45,691 bases of DNA from an uncultured Nitrososphaerota archaeon. GTDB lineage: Archaea; Thermoproteota; Nitrososphaeria; Nitrososphaerales; CADDZS01. The stretch covers positions 1 through 45,691 of the forward strand of contig CAWCYI010000009.1 in NCBI GenBank assembly GCA_963799845.1, in the 5' to 3' direction. The position numbers and the translations under genes were made by a program. Positions 30,272-39,668 of this stretch are shown here, piece after piece. A model generated the notes under the pieces. The model had not been told where the DNA came from and made no database searches. It saw only the letters and a list, made by a program, of their open reading frames with translations. Within the stretch, counting starts at the first letter, position 1, and the number at the start of each line of letters is the position of its first letter.

Positions 30272-30689
30272 CATGAAGAATTTGGAGAATTTGTTAACTT
30301 ACAACCGATAATTCTCAGAAACTTCCGCTAGGACAAAAATTACTCTCCATGCTAATTTTCGATGAACTATATCGGGATTAAATTTCATTTGGATTTTCCG
30401 GGTTTTGCTAACTGATAGTTATTCCGCGAAAGTGCGAGCAGGTCGTTTGTAACCCTCCGTCATTTACGGGATCGACGCGGAAGTTGCGGTAAAAAAAGAA
30501 TAATTGAAGGCAAGAACAGACAGTAAGGTTGGAGGACCTTCAGATGGAAAAGTCTCCGAATCCACATCCAAACCAATCAAACTTTCAAAATTATTCGTCT
30601 TGCTTGCCCATATCTCTTTTTCACCAGTCCCTTGAATAGAATTAATATTAATGATATGAAGACCCGGTAAGTTTCAGCCGATGAATTAG

Positions 30690-31313
30690 ATGAATATGAA
30701 TGAAAAACAGCTAAGAGCAGTGAAAGAACACGCATCGGGCGTGAATTGCTTTTTCGTCGTTAGACATGGAGAAACACAAGCCAATGTATTGGGGATAAAT
30801 GCAGGTCCACTTAGATATTCGCTGACCAAAAAAGGGAAAATGGAAATTGAGTATTTGGCGAAGATGCTTTCAAAAACCAAGATCTCTGCGATATACAGTA
30901 GTCCGATATTTCGTACAGTCGAAACTGCAAGGATACTGGCTCGTCCCCACAAGTTAGGCGTGCAAACAATTGAGGACTTGACCGAGGCGAAGCTCAAACC
31001 AAAATTTGTAGGAAAGAAAGGTAGGCATCGCATTCTCACGGCACCGAAAGAATTCAACGAAACGTACGAAGAGCTACAGGAGCGAGTAGTGCGAACAATC
31101 AACGGCATCCAAAAGCAAGCAACTGGAAATGTCATAGTTGTCTCCCACGGCGACCCCATAGCGGCGCTGCTTCAGCATGTGGTAGAAAGAAAGGTTGGAA
31201 GGAAGAGGTACTACGTGCTGCATCCCGATCCTGGATCGGTCAGTGTAATCGATTTCAAGGACAAGGCAGAACTTATCTTGTTCAATTACCATCGAAACCA
31301 GTTTCAACTATGA
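30690..31313 (+). CDS. Histidine phosphatase (phosphoglycerate mutase-like) family protein
   Basis: VRHGET.AN, IYSSP..R..ETA, VSHGD. Confidence 0.9.
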   Translation: MNMNEKQLRAVKEHASGVNCFFVVRHGETQANVLGINAGPLRYSLTKKGKMEIEYLAKMLSKTKISAIYSSPIFRTVETARILARPHKLGVQTIEDLTEAKLKPKFVGKKGRHRILTAPKEFNETYEELQERVVRTINGIQKQATGNVIVVSHGDPIAALLQHVVERKVGRKRYYVLHPDPGSVSVIDFKDKAELILFNYHRNQFQL

Positions 31314-31711
31314 GAATTACTATTGAGCTTAGATTCAGTTTTTGATTCGAAAGCTTGAGTTTGAGGCGCCGATCCATTGCTCTTTGTATCATCCTCGGTC
31401 TGATGATTTCGTCCAGCGAGTTGTTTTCTTGATTGATTAGTATTTTAGAAAGAACACGCGAGAACGTTAGAGCAAGAGAGCGTAGAATCGACTTTTCCCA
31501 TAGCGCTCTGCTCTAATTTGTTTAGACATTTCCTAAACAGAGCAATTTATCGCCTATTATCGCTGAGGAAATCAGGAGCACCCATATTATGAGCCGATAG
31601 ATTCTTCTTGTTCACCAGAGATTGCGAAAAAGCGATTTCTATTCAAAATTCAGGTATCAATTGAGCAATTTGGCTTTATTCGGCTTGCGCGTTCATCGTG
31701 GTTGAGTAATA

Positions 31712-31906
31712 ATGTCCAGAATTGAAGGGATGTCAAAAATCGAAGGAAAAGAAAAGAAGGAAAGGATCGCGGAGAAGCCGAGGAAAAGATACGTAAAGGA
31801 AGTCGAAGATACTCAAGAACATATAGCAGACGAGAAAGATAATCAATCCGAAAAAACCGAGGAGAAGTTAGGGCAGGAAAAAGGGAAGAAGGTTAACCCC
31901 ATTTGA
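31712..31906 (+). CDS. Small Lys/Glu-rich hydrophilic protein
   Basis: ATG ORF, highly charged, overlaps the next ORF by 4 nt. Confidence 0.55.
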   Translation: MSRIEGMSKIEGKEKKERIAEKPRKRYVKEVEDTQEHIADEKDNQSEKTEEKLGQEKGKKVNPI

Positions 31907-32097
31907 GCAGCAATAATAGGGAAGCAAATAACGAAAATCAGGCAGTCGAGCAAGAACACGAGTTAGCGGCGGAACCGGACGTGGAGTCAGAACAAGAAGT
32001 AGAATCAGAAGGAATGGAAGTCGAGACTGAAGAAGAATCGGAAGACCATGAGTCCGAAGAGATCGAAGACAGGGAAGACCGAATGTTGAACGACTAG
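31903..32097 (+). CDS. Small highly acidic protein
   Basis: Glu-rich low complexity; TTGA start/stop overlap. Confidence 0.5.
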   Translation: MSSNNREANNENQAVEQEHELAAEPDVESEQEVESEGMEVETEEESEDHESEEIEDREDRMLND

Positions 32098-32138
32098 GGT
32101 TATCTGTTTCCTGTTACCACTCCACCAGTGATTTTGAG

Positions 32139-32552
32139 ATGATTTCTGGAATTAATTCAAAAGATGTTGTGACTTCATTTCTTGAGGCGCTGAACAACAA
32201 GGATCTCGACAGTGCAAAAGGCTATTTAGCCGACAACGTTTCATTCACGGCGACAGACAGCGCTCCAGTTTACGGAGCAGAAGCATACATGAATGGCTGG
32301 AAGAAACTTGGCATAAACTACGGGATTAGCAAAGCTTTCGTGGATGGTGATGACGTCTGCATACTCTACGATCTAAGATTCAGCAAACCACCAGTAACCT
32401 TAGTCGGATGCGGACTGTATCATGTCATTGGTCGAAAAATAGATTCTATTAAAGTAATTTTCGATCCGAGACCCATTCTTCCACAACAAAAATATGAGCG
32501 ACCTGCCAAGACAGAGCCTAACGCAGTTGCTAATCGTAAGATTACTGGCTGA
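32139..32552 (+). CDS. NTF2/SnoaL-like protein
   Basis: DVVTSFLEALNNKD...LADNVSF...DGDDVCILYD...KIDSIKVIFDPRP. Confidence 0.85.
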   Translation: MISGINSKDVVTSFLEALNNKDLDSAKGYLADNVSFTATDSAPVYGAEAYMNGWKKLGINYGISKAFVDGDDVCILYDLRFSKPPVTLVGCGLYHVIGRKIDSIKVIFDPRPILPQQKYERPAKTEPNAVANRKITG

Positions 32553-33247
32553 CAGTCAAAACCCTTGCTCTTTCGCATAGGTGGGATTAACTGGTTACTG
32601 ACTTCTTAGAACAAAGTCTAGCAGTCGTAGTACATACTGATTTTGCAGATACTGGACAAGCAAAAAAAATCGATCGATAGCTTACGTTGGAAAGTGGAGA
32701 TCGAAACGGTGCACACCATCCGCAATCATATCTCAAGTTTTGAACAACGACTCTTTTTGTCTAGACGATAGGATGGGTTTAGCGTCTTCCCAAACTGTAG
32801 AATAGAGACTGATTTTCGATTCTTTCGTAACCACCATAAGGTACTAGTCTTCTGAACAGTGTATATGATGTTTCAAGTAAATGAGCTTGTAAGTCAAGAT
32901 GCCAAAATCTGGAACCGATAAACGCGAACATTCTCTAATTCTAATACTACACCCGTCTCGACATCAAAGTGAGCGTATGCTGACTGGTTCCTAGAAACGA
33001 GAAAAGCTCTAGTTGCATTAGCCGATCAAGTTTGGTCGTCACAGATTCCTAGTTTCTGGAGCCAATTTGAGAAAGACACAACGATATAATCCGAGCTATA
33101 GTTTCAGCTTACTTCAACGAAAAAGAAAGCAGGTAGAAAGACCAAATCTGAATTCAATCCTTGATGCTTAATCCGATCCGGATGAATCTGGCTACAATGG
33201 GCAGTGAGAGGATTATGAGAAAGGCCTTACAAACGCAAATAATGCAA

Positions 33248-33590
33248 ATGTTAATAGAATCGAATAACAAATTTGCAAATTACCGTGAACGATCAAGACT
33301 ATCCTAAGCGAGTTGGATCCACTTCTAACAACTCTGAGACATTCTTTCGCCATTGCCCTAATTGCGGAAAAAGATTTGAAATTAGGCTCATAGACAAGAA
33401 ATTAACAGAGTTCTCAAACATTAAGGAAAACCGACCGAAATCTCCGGTTTATTTCGTCGGATACATGGGACCATTCTCGGAAGTCGGAGAAACCGAGCCG
33501 ATCACTATCGAGGTTGAAAAGTTCCAGTATGCTTACCGGTGCAAACACTGCGGACATAAGTGGGTAGAGGTCGAACAAGAAGAACACTAA
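33248..33590 (+). CDS. Zinc-ribbon protein, paralog 1 (probable +1 indel near 33270)
   Basis: FFRHCPNCGKRFEI...YAYRCKHCGHKW; the N-terminus aligns with paralog 2 if one A is removed. Confidence 0.8.
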
Positions 33591-33694
33591 GAAACCTGAT
33601 TTTTATTAGTGGCTCTAGATATCCATTCGCCAATCTAAACAATCATCCCATCTTGGAAATCACATCATTGGTTACGTTTATCTCGGCTACGTAA

Positions 33695-34067
33695 TTATTT
33701 GCTGCGAATTTCTGCTATTTTCTTCCAAGAAGGCCACCTATATTCTATCAATCTATCAAGAGAGCGCCTGCTCGTGCCGAAGGTTCCATTCAGAAGCAGT
33801 AAGAAAATTGAGACGAGCGCATACACGATTCCGGTTCCAATGTCCGTCGCTCCGGGGCCGTAGGGGGCCGCCAAAGCCCTCGGGAACTGACCAGATAACT
33901 AGACCAAGAAAGAAAGAAACCGTGTATGTTATTTTTCGTGCAAATCCAAGGATTAGACCAAATGATATCGCTATTTCCAAGATACCCGTAGAATATACAA
34001 TGAGCGAAGGGTTTTCACCAGAATATTCGAAGAAGGTAAAACGGAATAGCACTCGTAGCTGGCGCAA
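33695..34067 (-). pseudogene. DoxX/DoxD-like membrane protein, C-terminal remnant
   Basis: EIAISFGLILGFARK...IWSVPEGFGGP/GPGATDIGTGIVYA...SLDRLIE.RWPSWKKIAE*; N-terminus missing. Confidence 0.7.
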
Positions 34068-34214
34068 TATGCAGAAGCGTCTTGTGCTCCGTCATTCCCG
34101 GAATCATCATATTCTAAATGAATGGTCACCTGAGACGGGAATAGAGAATTTTATCTTCAATACTCAGTTGATAATTGAACGATTGGGATTAATACGCTTC
34201 ACCACACGACTGAC

Positions 34215-34559
34215 ATGATGGCAATGGAATCGAGTAACAATTTGCAAATTACATTAGATGATCAAAAGGAACCTCAGCAGGTCGGATCCACAACAAATAA
34301 TTTTGAAACTTTCTTTCGCCATTGCCCTAGTTGCGGAAAAAGATTTGAAATCAAGCTTGTGGGCAAAACGCTCATCGAATCTGAAGATATTAGAAGCAGT
34401 AGACCGATATCAGCGGCTTATTTTGGTGGGTCGATGGGCTCATTCATGGAAGTAGGGGAAACAGAACCTGTCTTTGTCGATATTGAAACGTTCCGATATG
34501 CCTACAAATGCAAACACTGCGGACATAAATGGGTAGAAATCAAGAAAGAGGATTACTGA
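34215..34559 (+). CDS. Zinc-ribbon protein, paralog 2
   Basis: FFRHCPSCGKRFEI...YAYKCKHCGHKW. Confidence 0.82.
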   Translation: MMAMESSNNLQITLDDQKEPQQVGSTTNNFETFFRHCPSCGKRFEIKLVGKTLIESEDIRSSRPISAAYFGGSMGSFMEVGETEPVFVDIETFRYAYKCKHCGHKWVEIKKEDY

Positions 34560-34692
34560 TACCTTCAACTCTTCAAAAAACGCCCCCAAATCCCATCTAC
34601 AGATGTTCTCAAAATTGAAGATCGTACTATTGACCTTAATATGACGAGTACGGTAGAAAAATTACCGGAGCTTGCGTCGGAGAAAAGATGAT

Positions 34693-35235
34693 ATGACCCA
34701 AATTGAACGGAATTTGAGGTTGGATGACCTAATAATTGCTCTCAAAAGTGAACATGAAGAAATGCGTCGGCAACTTTGGGTTCTTCGCATGCTCGCGTAT
34801 CGCGCGGATTACGACCTAGTCGGAAAACGCGCGCTTGAGCTGGGTACATTTCTGAATTCACATTTTGCACGGGAAGAGTCTAGAACACGGGATATTTTGG
34901 CTGGTGCTCGGGGTTCCTCTCTCCCGTCCGATAATAGTGCTGCCTTCCAAGAGGATGAACTTCTCAGGGTTGTAATTCGAGAACACAAGGTCATGTCCGA
35001 TTCTTTGAAGGAAATCCAAGGATTAGCAGAGTTCTCGTCTGAGGCGGAAAGGCTTTTCTGCTTTGACAGGTTTGAAAGCGTCTTTTTGAGTTGCTTGGCG
35101 CATGTAGATACAGATCTTCTTCTTCCCTATCTGGAAAGAAAGAAAAACGAAGGTCGACGGAACGGCTCCGGCCATCCGGAAGCTGGTGAAGAATATGCGG
35201 AGCAAAATAAAGAGGATTGCGTCATAGTCGCGTAA
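34693..35235 (+). CDS. Hemerythrin-like (HHE) domain protein
   Basis: LKSEH, HFAREE, REH, H..LLLP in a helical context. Confidence 0.65.
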   Translation: MTQIERNLRLDDLIIALKSEHEEMRRQLWVLRMLAYRADYDLVGKRALELGTFLNSHFAREESRTRDILAGARGSSLPSDNSAAFQEDELLRVVIREHKVMSDSLKEIQGLAEFSSEAERLFCFDRFESVFLSCLAHVDTDLLLPYLERKKNEGRRNGSGHPEAGEEYAEQNKEDCVIVA

Positions 35236-35575
35236 CAATATATCGGAGGGAAAGAAAAGTGGGAAAATTCTATTTCAGGTGTTACGACGTCGTTCTTCAC
35301 TTTGACGGAGAATCTGAATAATTTCAGTGCAATGAGCGTTCTCTAAAATCATAAAAGTCTCTTCAAGTTACCGGCCGACGCTTACCATTTTTTCGAAATT
35401 GAGAATTTAATCAAGATGTTTGCATGATTCTCAACTTTGGAAAATGTTTTTGTTGCCCGGTAATCACATGTCGCATAATCATCGTGGGTGCTCCCTTTAC
35501 GAAATATTGAGGAGACGAGAGCTTTCAATCACACTAGAATCGTCTCTGATAGAGCGAGTTTTCAACAAGTCAAGA

Positions 35576-35704
35576 TTACTTCACCACGAGCACCGCGCAT
35601 TCGGCAAACTCAACGAGGCCACTCAATACGCTGCCAATGAGTCTCCTCGTAGAAGACGCCTTGCTCCTTCGTCCCGCGACTATCAGATCGGCAGAGATTT
35701 TCTC
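35576..35704 (-). pseudogene. Universal stress protein C-terminal fragment
   Basis: EKISADLIVAGRRSKASSTRRLIGSVLSGLVEFAECAVLVVK*. Confidence 0.75.
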
Positions 35705-35797
35705 AGGGCTCAAAGCGAGATGGAAAAATTGCTTATGGGTAGTGTCTCGGCCAAAGTTTCAAAGCTTTCGGACGTTTCCGTGACCGTCGTGACGTAG
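35705..35797 (+). pseudogene. Universal stress protein C-terminal fragment
   Basis: RAQSEMEKLLMGSVSAKVSKLSDVSVTVVT*. Confidence 0.7.
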
Positions 35798-35997
35798 CAG
35801 CCAGCAGATCAGCGAACTAGAGCACCGATCCAATCCACATCGAACCAAAGTATCGGAGAGTTTGGTCAATCAAAGAATGATTTTTCTGATCTTTAGTCGA
35901 TTGCGAAGACGTCTAGAGGACTTTACCATACTTCTTGGGCATTATTTGAGAGATCAATTTTCATATGACAATCTCCACTAGTTGAGAAGGGAGTAGA

Positions 35998-36198
35998 TTG
36001 CAAATGTCATACGAAAGAATGGAAGGCAAGGAAAGAAAAGAACATGCCAAAGCCGAGGAAAAGATTGACAAAAAGAAAAATATTCACAGCTACTTGGGAA
36101 ATGACGAATCACTCGCGGCGAACACAAAGACAGTAACTCCTAATACTGAAGAAAGAGTCGAAAAGCTGAAGGAAAAAGTTCGCACAACGACCCACTAG
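35998..36198 (+). CDS. Small charged hydrophilic protein
   Basis: K/E-rich ORF followed by a T-run. Confidence 0.5.
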   Translation: MQMSYERMEGKERKEHAKAEEKIDKKKNIHSYLGNDESLAANTKTVTPNTEERVEKLKEKVRTTTH

Positions 36199-36276
36199 AG
36201 GGATCAAAGCTCTTTTTTGTTATTGGTTGCTCCGCAAATACTTGAGTCAGAAATCAGACAAAATATGTGACCGCCC

Positions 36277-36486
36277 ATGAAGAACAAGCGTCCCCGAACA
36301 AAGCTCGCCAGCAAGATAGACAAATCTAATCGAAATGAAATGGCTAAGGAAAGAGAAAGCAAGAAGCGAAACGGGCTCGGCCGACCCTCTTCGCGTGTCC
36401 ACCCAATAGGAGAGCTTACTTCCCAGTACGGCGCGGCTGAAAACGAGCTGGAGCGAGTCGGCTCGCCAAAACTGAATTCTAATTGA
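36277..36486 (+). CDS. Small basic hypothetical protein
   Basis: 69-aa ATG ORF. Confidence 0.4.
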   Translation: MKNKRPRTKLASKIDKSNRNEMAKERESKKRNGLGRPSSRVHPIGELTSQYGAAENELERVGSPKLNSN

Positions 36487-36696
36487 GACCGGAAGAATTC
36501 AGAGGTGGAATGATCGTGAAAAAGCTAATTGTTTATGATCTGGACGGCACACTTGCCAAAAGCAAATCGTCCCTTGATGACGAAATGTCTGCGCTGCTGT
36601 ATGATCTTCTAGGTGTCGCCAAAGTGGCTGTCATTTCCGGAGGCGATTGGCCTCAGTTTGAAAAGCAAGTTCTCTCTAATCTTCCCCACGACGAAC

Positions 36697-37876
36697 CAGT
36701 AGATGCGAATCAAGTATGCTTTCCTCTCATGTCAAATGACCCACTCATTATTAGACCGATGAGATAGAGTTTCATTTGGATTACTTTGATCGATACATAG
36801 TCATTCGGATGGAGTATCTCTCGATCGGCATTGTACATGACCCACGCGTTGTATACAAGACATGCAAAGAGATAGTAAAATAACCTTACAACATAGTTCC
36901 TTGATGTTGTTTTTACCAGGAACTGATTTGACATCCGGTAGCTCGTCTCTATGCCCCAACGATTCTTGAACAATCTCAATACTGTCTCAGCTTTGTAGGG
37001 AAGATTGGTTGCAAACAGGTACTTGTAATCCTTTGATTTGTCGTAGACCACGACCACATCAAATGACGTTTGTTCGGACTTTCTTCTCCTGTGTCCACTA
37101 GTCGTGTATGTGAATCTCCTGCCATTCCAGAGCCTCATTTTCTTTGTGCTGTAGGTCGGAGCCATTCGGACGATGTACTTGAGTCCAGATTCCTCAAGAA
37201 ATCTCAGGAAGCCTGTGCTAAGGAATCCACCGTCAAACACCAAGTATCGAATTCTGATTTCCAGCTCTTCTCGCAGTTTTCGCACAATTTGTTCGGCAGA
37301 TGAAGCAAGTTCCGCAGCTGATTCTAACCCTGTAACAGCTGACGATCAGTCTTTCCCCATCTACCAGAACAGAAGCTGTAAGATACTTGAACGCATAATT
37401 GCTTCCATCTCGGTGCATGGTTCCGATGACCATCGGTGTTTCTTCATGATCGCCGTAATACATGACATCGTGCAGATCCACCGCTACGGGGACTGGAAGT
37501 CGTAATTTCCGTCGTTTTCGGAGCTTCTTTACATTCATGTCTACCAAATCATCGAAGATTCGTTTGAGCCTCTCTTCTCTTTGTGATTTGATGTACGAAA
37601 GAAGAGTTTCTGCTGTCGGTGATTCGTCTAGAGACTTTGAAACACCTTCTGCAAACCCATTCACCAAGCTTGCAGAAATAAGCAGTTTTAGGTGATCGGC
37701 TTTTGAGTAAATGGCTCTCTCCTTGAGGTCGTATGTTAGCAATCCTGAGATACTTTTCTTCACGAATTCATGCAGCTTTCTTGAATTGACCTTCAATGAA
37801 TGTCGGAAAGAAGCCCTAAGGCACGCTGGCCATAATAATTACGGCCGAAAACGCTTGAATTCATTCGCATCTACTG
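36697..37876 (-). mobile_element. ISH3-family insertion sequence (1180 bp)
   Basis: TIRs CAGTAGATGCGAAT(C/G)AA match at 16/17; 4-bp target duplication GAAC at 36693-96 and 37877-80. Confidence 0.92.
36710..37796 (-). CDS. ISH3-family (IS4-like DDE) transposase; frameshift near 37345
   Basis: VAVDLH..YYG, FKYLTAS, LVFDGGF, FATN, RWGIETSYR, TTSRN...RLFY. Confidence 0.88.
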
Positions 37877-38723
37877 GAACGCCTTGGGAATCTGTCCATC
37901 CTTCCTACATGCGGAACAAAGTTCTTCCGCTACGATGGCGCATGGAAAAAGATCTATTCAGAAGATTTGACCGCGGATGAAAAAGGAAAAATCATCAGTT
38001 CTCTAAAGAAGGCGCTCGATGAATCGGGCTTCAAAATTGAAAAGGTCTGGGGAGAAGAGATTGAGGACCGGGGAAGCCAGATAACATTTTCCGCATTAGG
38101 CCAGCAGGCTCCCCTAGAAGAAAAGAACAAATGGGATCCCGACTTCACAAAGCGGAAGAAGATCAAAGGAATCCTCGACACTTTAATTCCCGAGTTTTCT
38201 GTTCGAATGGGAGGCGCGACATCCATTGATGTAACCAAACTTGGCATCGACAAAGCCTACGGAGTCAGAAAGCTGACGAGACATCCTGGGCATTTCATTG
38301 AAGGAAATGATCTACTTAGGCGATGCTTTGTTCGTGGGAGGGAACGATTATCCGGCTGAAGAAGCAGGTATTGTCTCTATAGAAGTGCATGGTCCCGAAG
38401 ATGCTAAGCTTGCTACCAGAACTATCATTGCTTGTTTAGAAACCGATGATACTTTGCCGCCAGCAGTCGTCAATCTGCCAGGAACAAAAGGTTCAACGCG
38501 CCCGGCTTCGGTAATCCCGAAACCGTGAATGAATGAGACTTCGGGACCCGATTTTCCAAGACCACTTGGCCCAAAAGACTCGGGGTAGGTAACAAGAACA
38601 GGAAGGATCCCCATTATGAAACCCAATTCCGATCGCCGCAACGCTCCCGTACTTAAGCCAGGATCAAAGCCCGATGCGCACGATGCGAAGGACTCACTCA
38701 AGCCGACGCAAAAATACGGCCGA

Positions 38724-39533
38724 ATGAAACAGGGCATGCACCAGAAATTCATCGTCGGTAATTGGAAAATGCACGCACACGCCTCGGACGCCAAGCGGCT
38801 GGCAAAAGCGATTGTGGATGGTATGAACAAGGTGAGCCATGAGGACTGCGTTTCCGTCGCCGTCTGTCCCCCCTTCCCCTATCTTGCCCTTGTCGGGGAA
38901 ATTCTCAAGGGCAGCCGCATCGCACTTGGCGCGCAGAACCTCTATCCCGAGAAGGAAGGCGCATTTACCGGCGAGGTCAGCCCGACAATGCTTCTCGATC
39001 TCAGATGCAAGTACGTCATCCTCGGACACAGCGAGCGACGGCACATCCTCGGCGAATCCGATTCGTTCATCAACCAAAAGGTACTGGTTGCCCTGGCAGC
39101 CGGCCTTGACGTGATCTTGTGCGTGGGCGAGACTCTTGACCAACGTCAGGCCGACCAGACCAAAGCGGTACTCGACCGGCAACTCATCCGGGGATTGGCC
39201 GGCGTTTCGGCGGATACCCTGACCCGCTTGAGCATCGCGTACGAACCGGTCTGGGCAATCGGCAGTCTCGGACACCAAGCCACCCCTCGGCAGGCTCGGG
39301 ACGCGCACGCCCTAATTCGGCGACGCTTCGCTCAGATTTTCGACGAGAAATCGGCCCAAATGCTTACCATACAGTACGGCGGCAGCGTCAAACCGGAGAA
39401 CGCCGGCTCGCTGCTCAGCCAGGACGGCGTGGATGGCGCCCTAATCGGCGGCGCCAGTCTAGATGCAGACCAGTTTCTGGCCATCGTCCGGGCTGCGATC
39501 ATTGAGCCGCAAACCAAAGGTGAATCAGCATGA
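38724..39533 (+). CDS. tpiA: Triosephosphate isomerase (bacterial type)
   Basis: VGNWKMH, GAQN, GAFTGEVS, LGHSERR, AYEPVWAIG, YGGSV, GALIGGASL; start 38724 or 38736. Confidence 0.96.
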   Translation: MKQGMHQKFIVGNWKMHAHASDAKRLAKAIVDGMNKVSHEDCVSVAVCPPFPYLALVGEILKGSRIALGAQNLYPEKEGAFTGEVSPTMLLDLRCKYVILGHSERRHILGESDSFINQKVLVALAAGLDVILCVGETLDQRQADQTKAVLDRQLIRGLAGVSADTLTRLSIAYEPVWAIGSLGHQATPRQARDAHALIRRRFAQIFDEKSAQMLTIQYGGSVKPENAGSLLSQDGVDGALIGGASLDADQFLAIVRAAIIEPQTKGESA

Positions 39534-39668
39534 CGGCAATCCATCTTTCCAATTCGATTGGAGAACGGATGTGCGGAGGAGTCAAAGGACGCGCAGTCTA
39601 CTCAGGTTGCTCTTCGGATACAATTCTTCAACATTGCGGCAGCACAAATCTCGGTCTGGTAAGTAACA

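Larger units (their letters stand above)
36510..38528 (+). pseudogene. HAD-IIB hydrolase (phosphomannomutase-like) interrupted by an ISH3-family IS
   Basis: YDLDGTL and ISGG before the IS; removing the IS and one TSD restores ..PHDERLGNLSILPTCGT; then IEDRGSQITFSALGQ, GGATSIDVT, GDAL..GGND; extra frameshift near 38278. Confidence 0.9.

Noticed and set aside
30411-30431. CTGATAG...GAAA resembling a hammerhead ribozyme core
   Set aside because: It does not match CUGANGA and there is no stem II between the motifs.
33808-34218. 136-aa + strand ORF
   Set aside because: It is antisense to the DoxX-like remnant and has no recognisable features.
35420-35797. 125-aa ORF as a real gene
   Set aside because: It is a composite of non-coding DNA, the antisense of one USP fragment and the tail of another.
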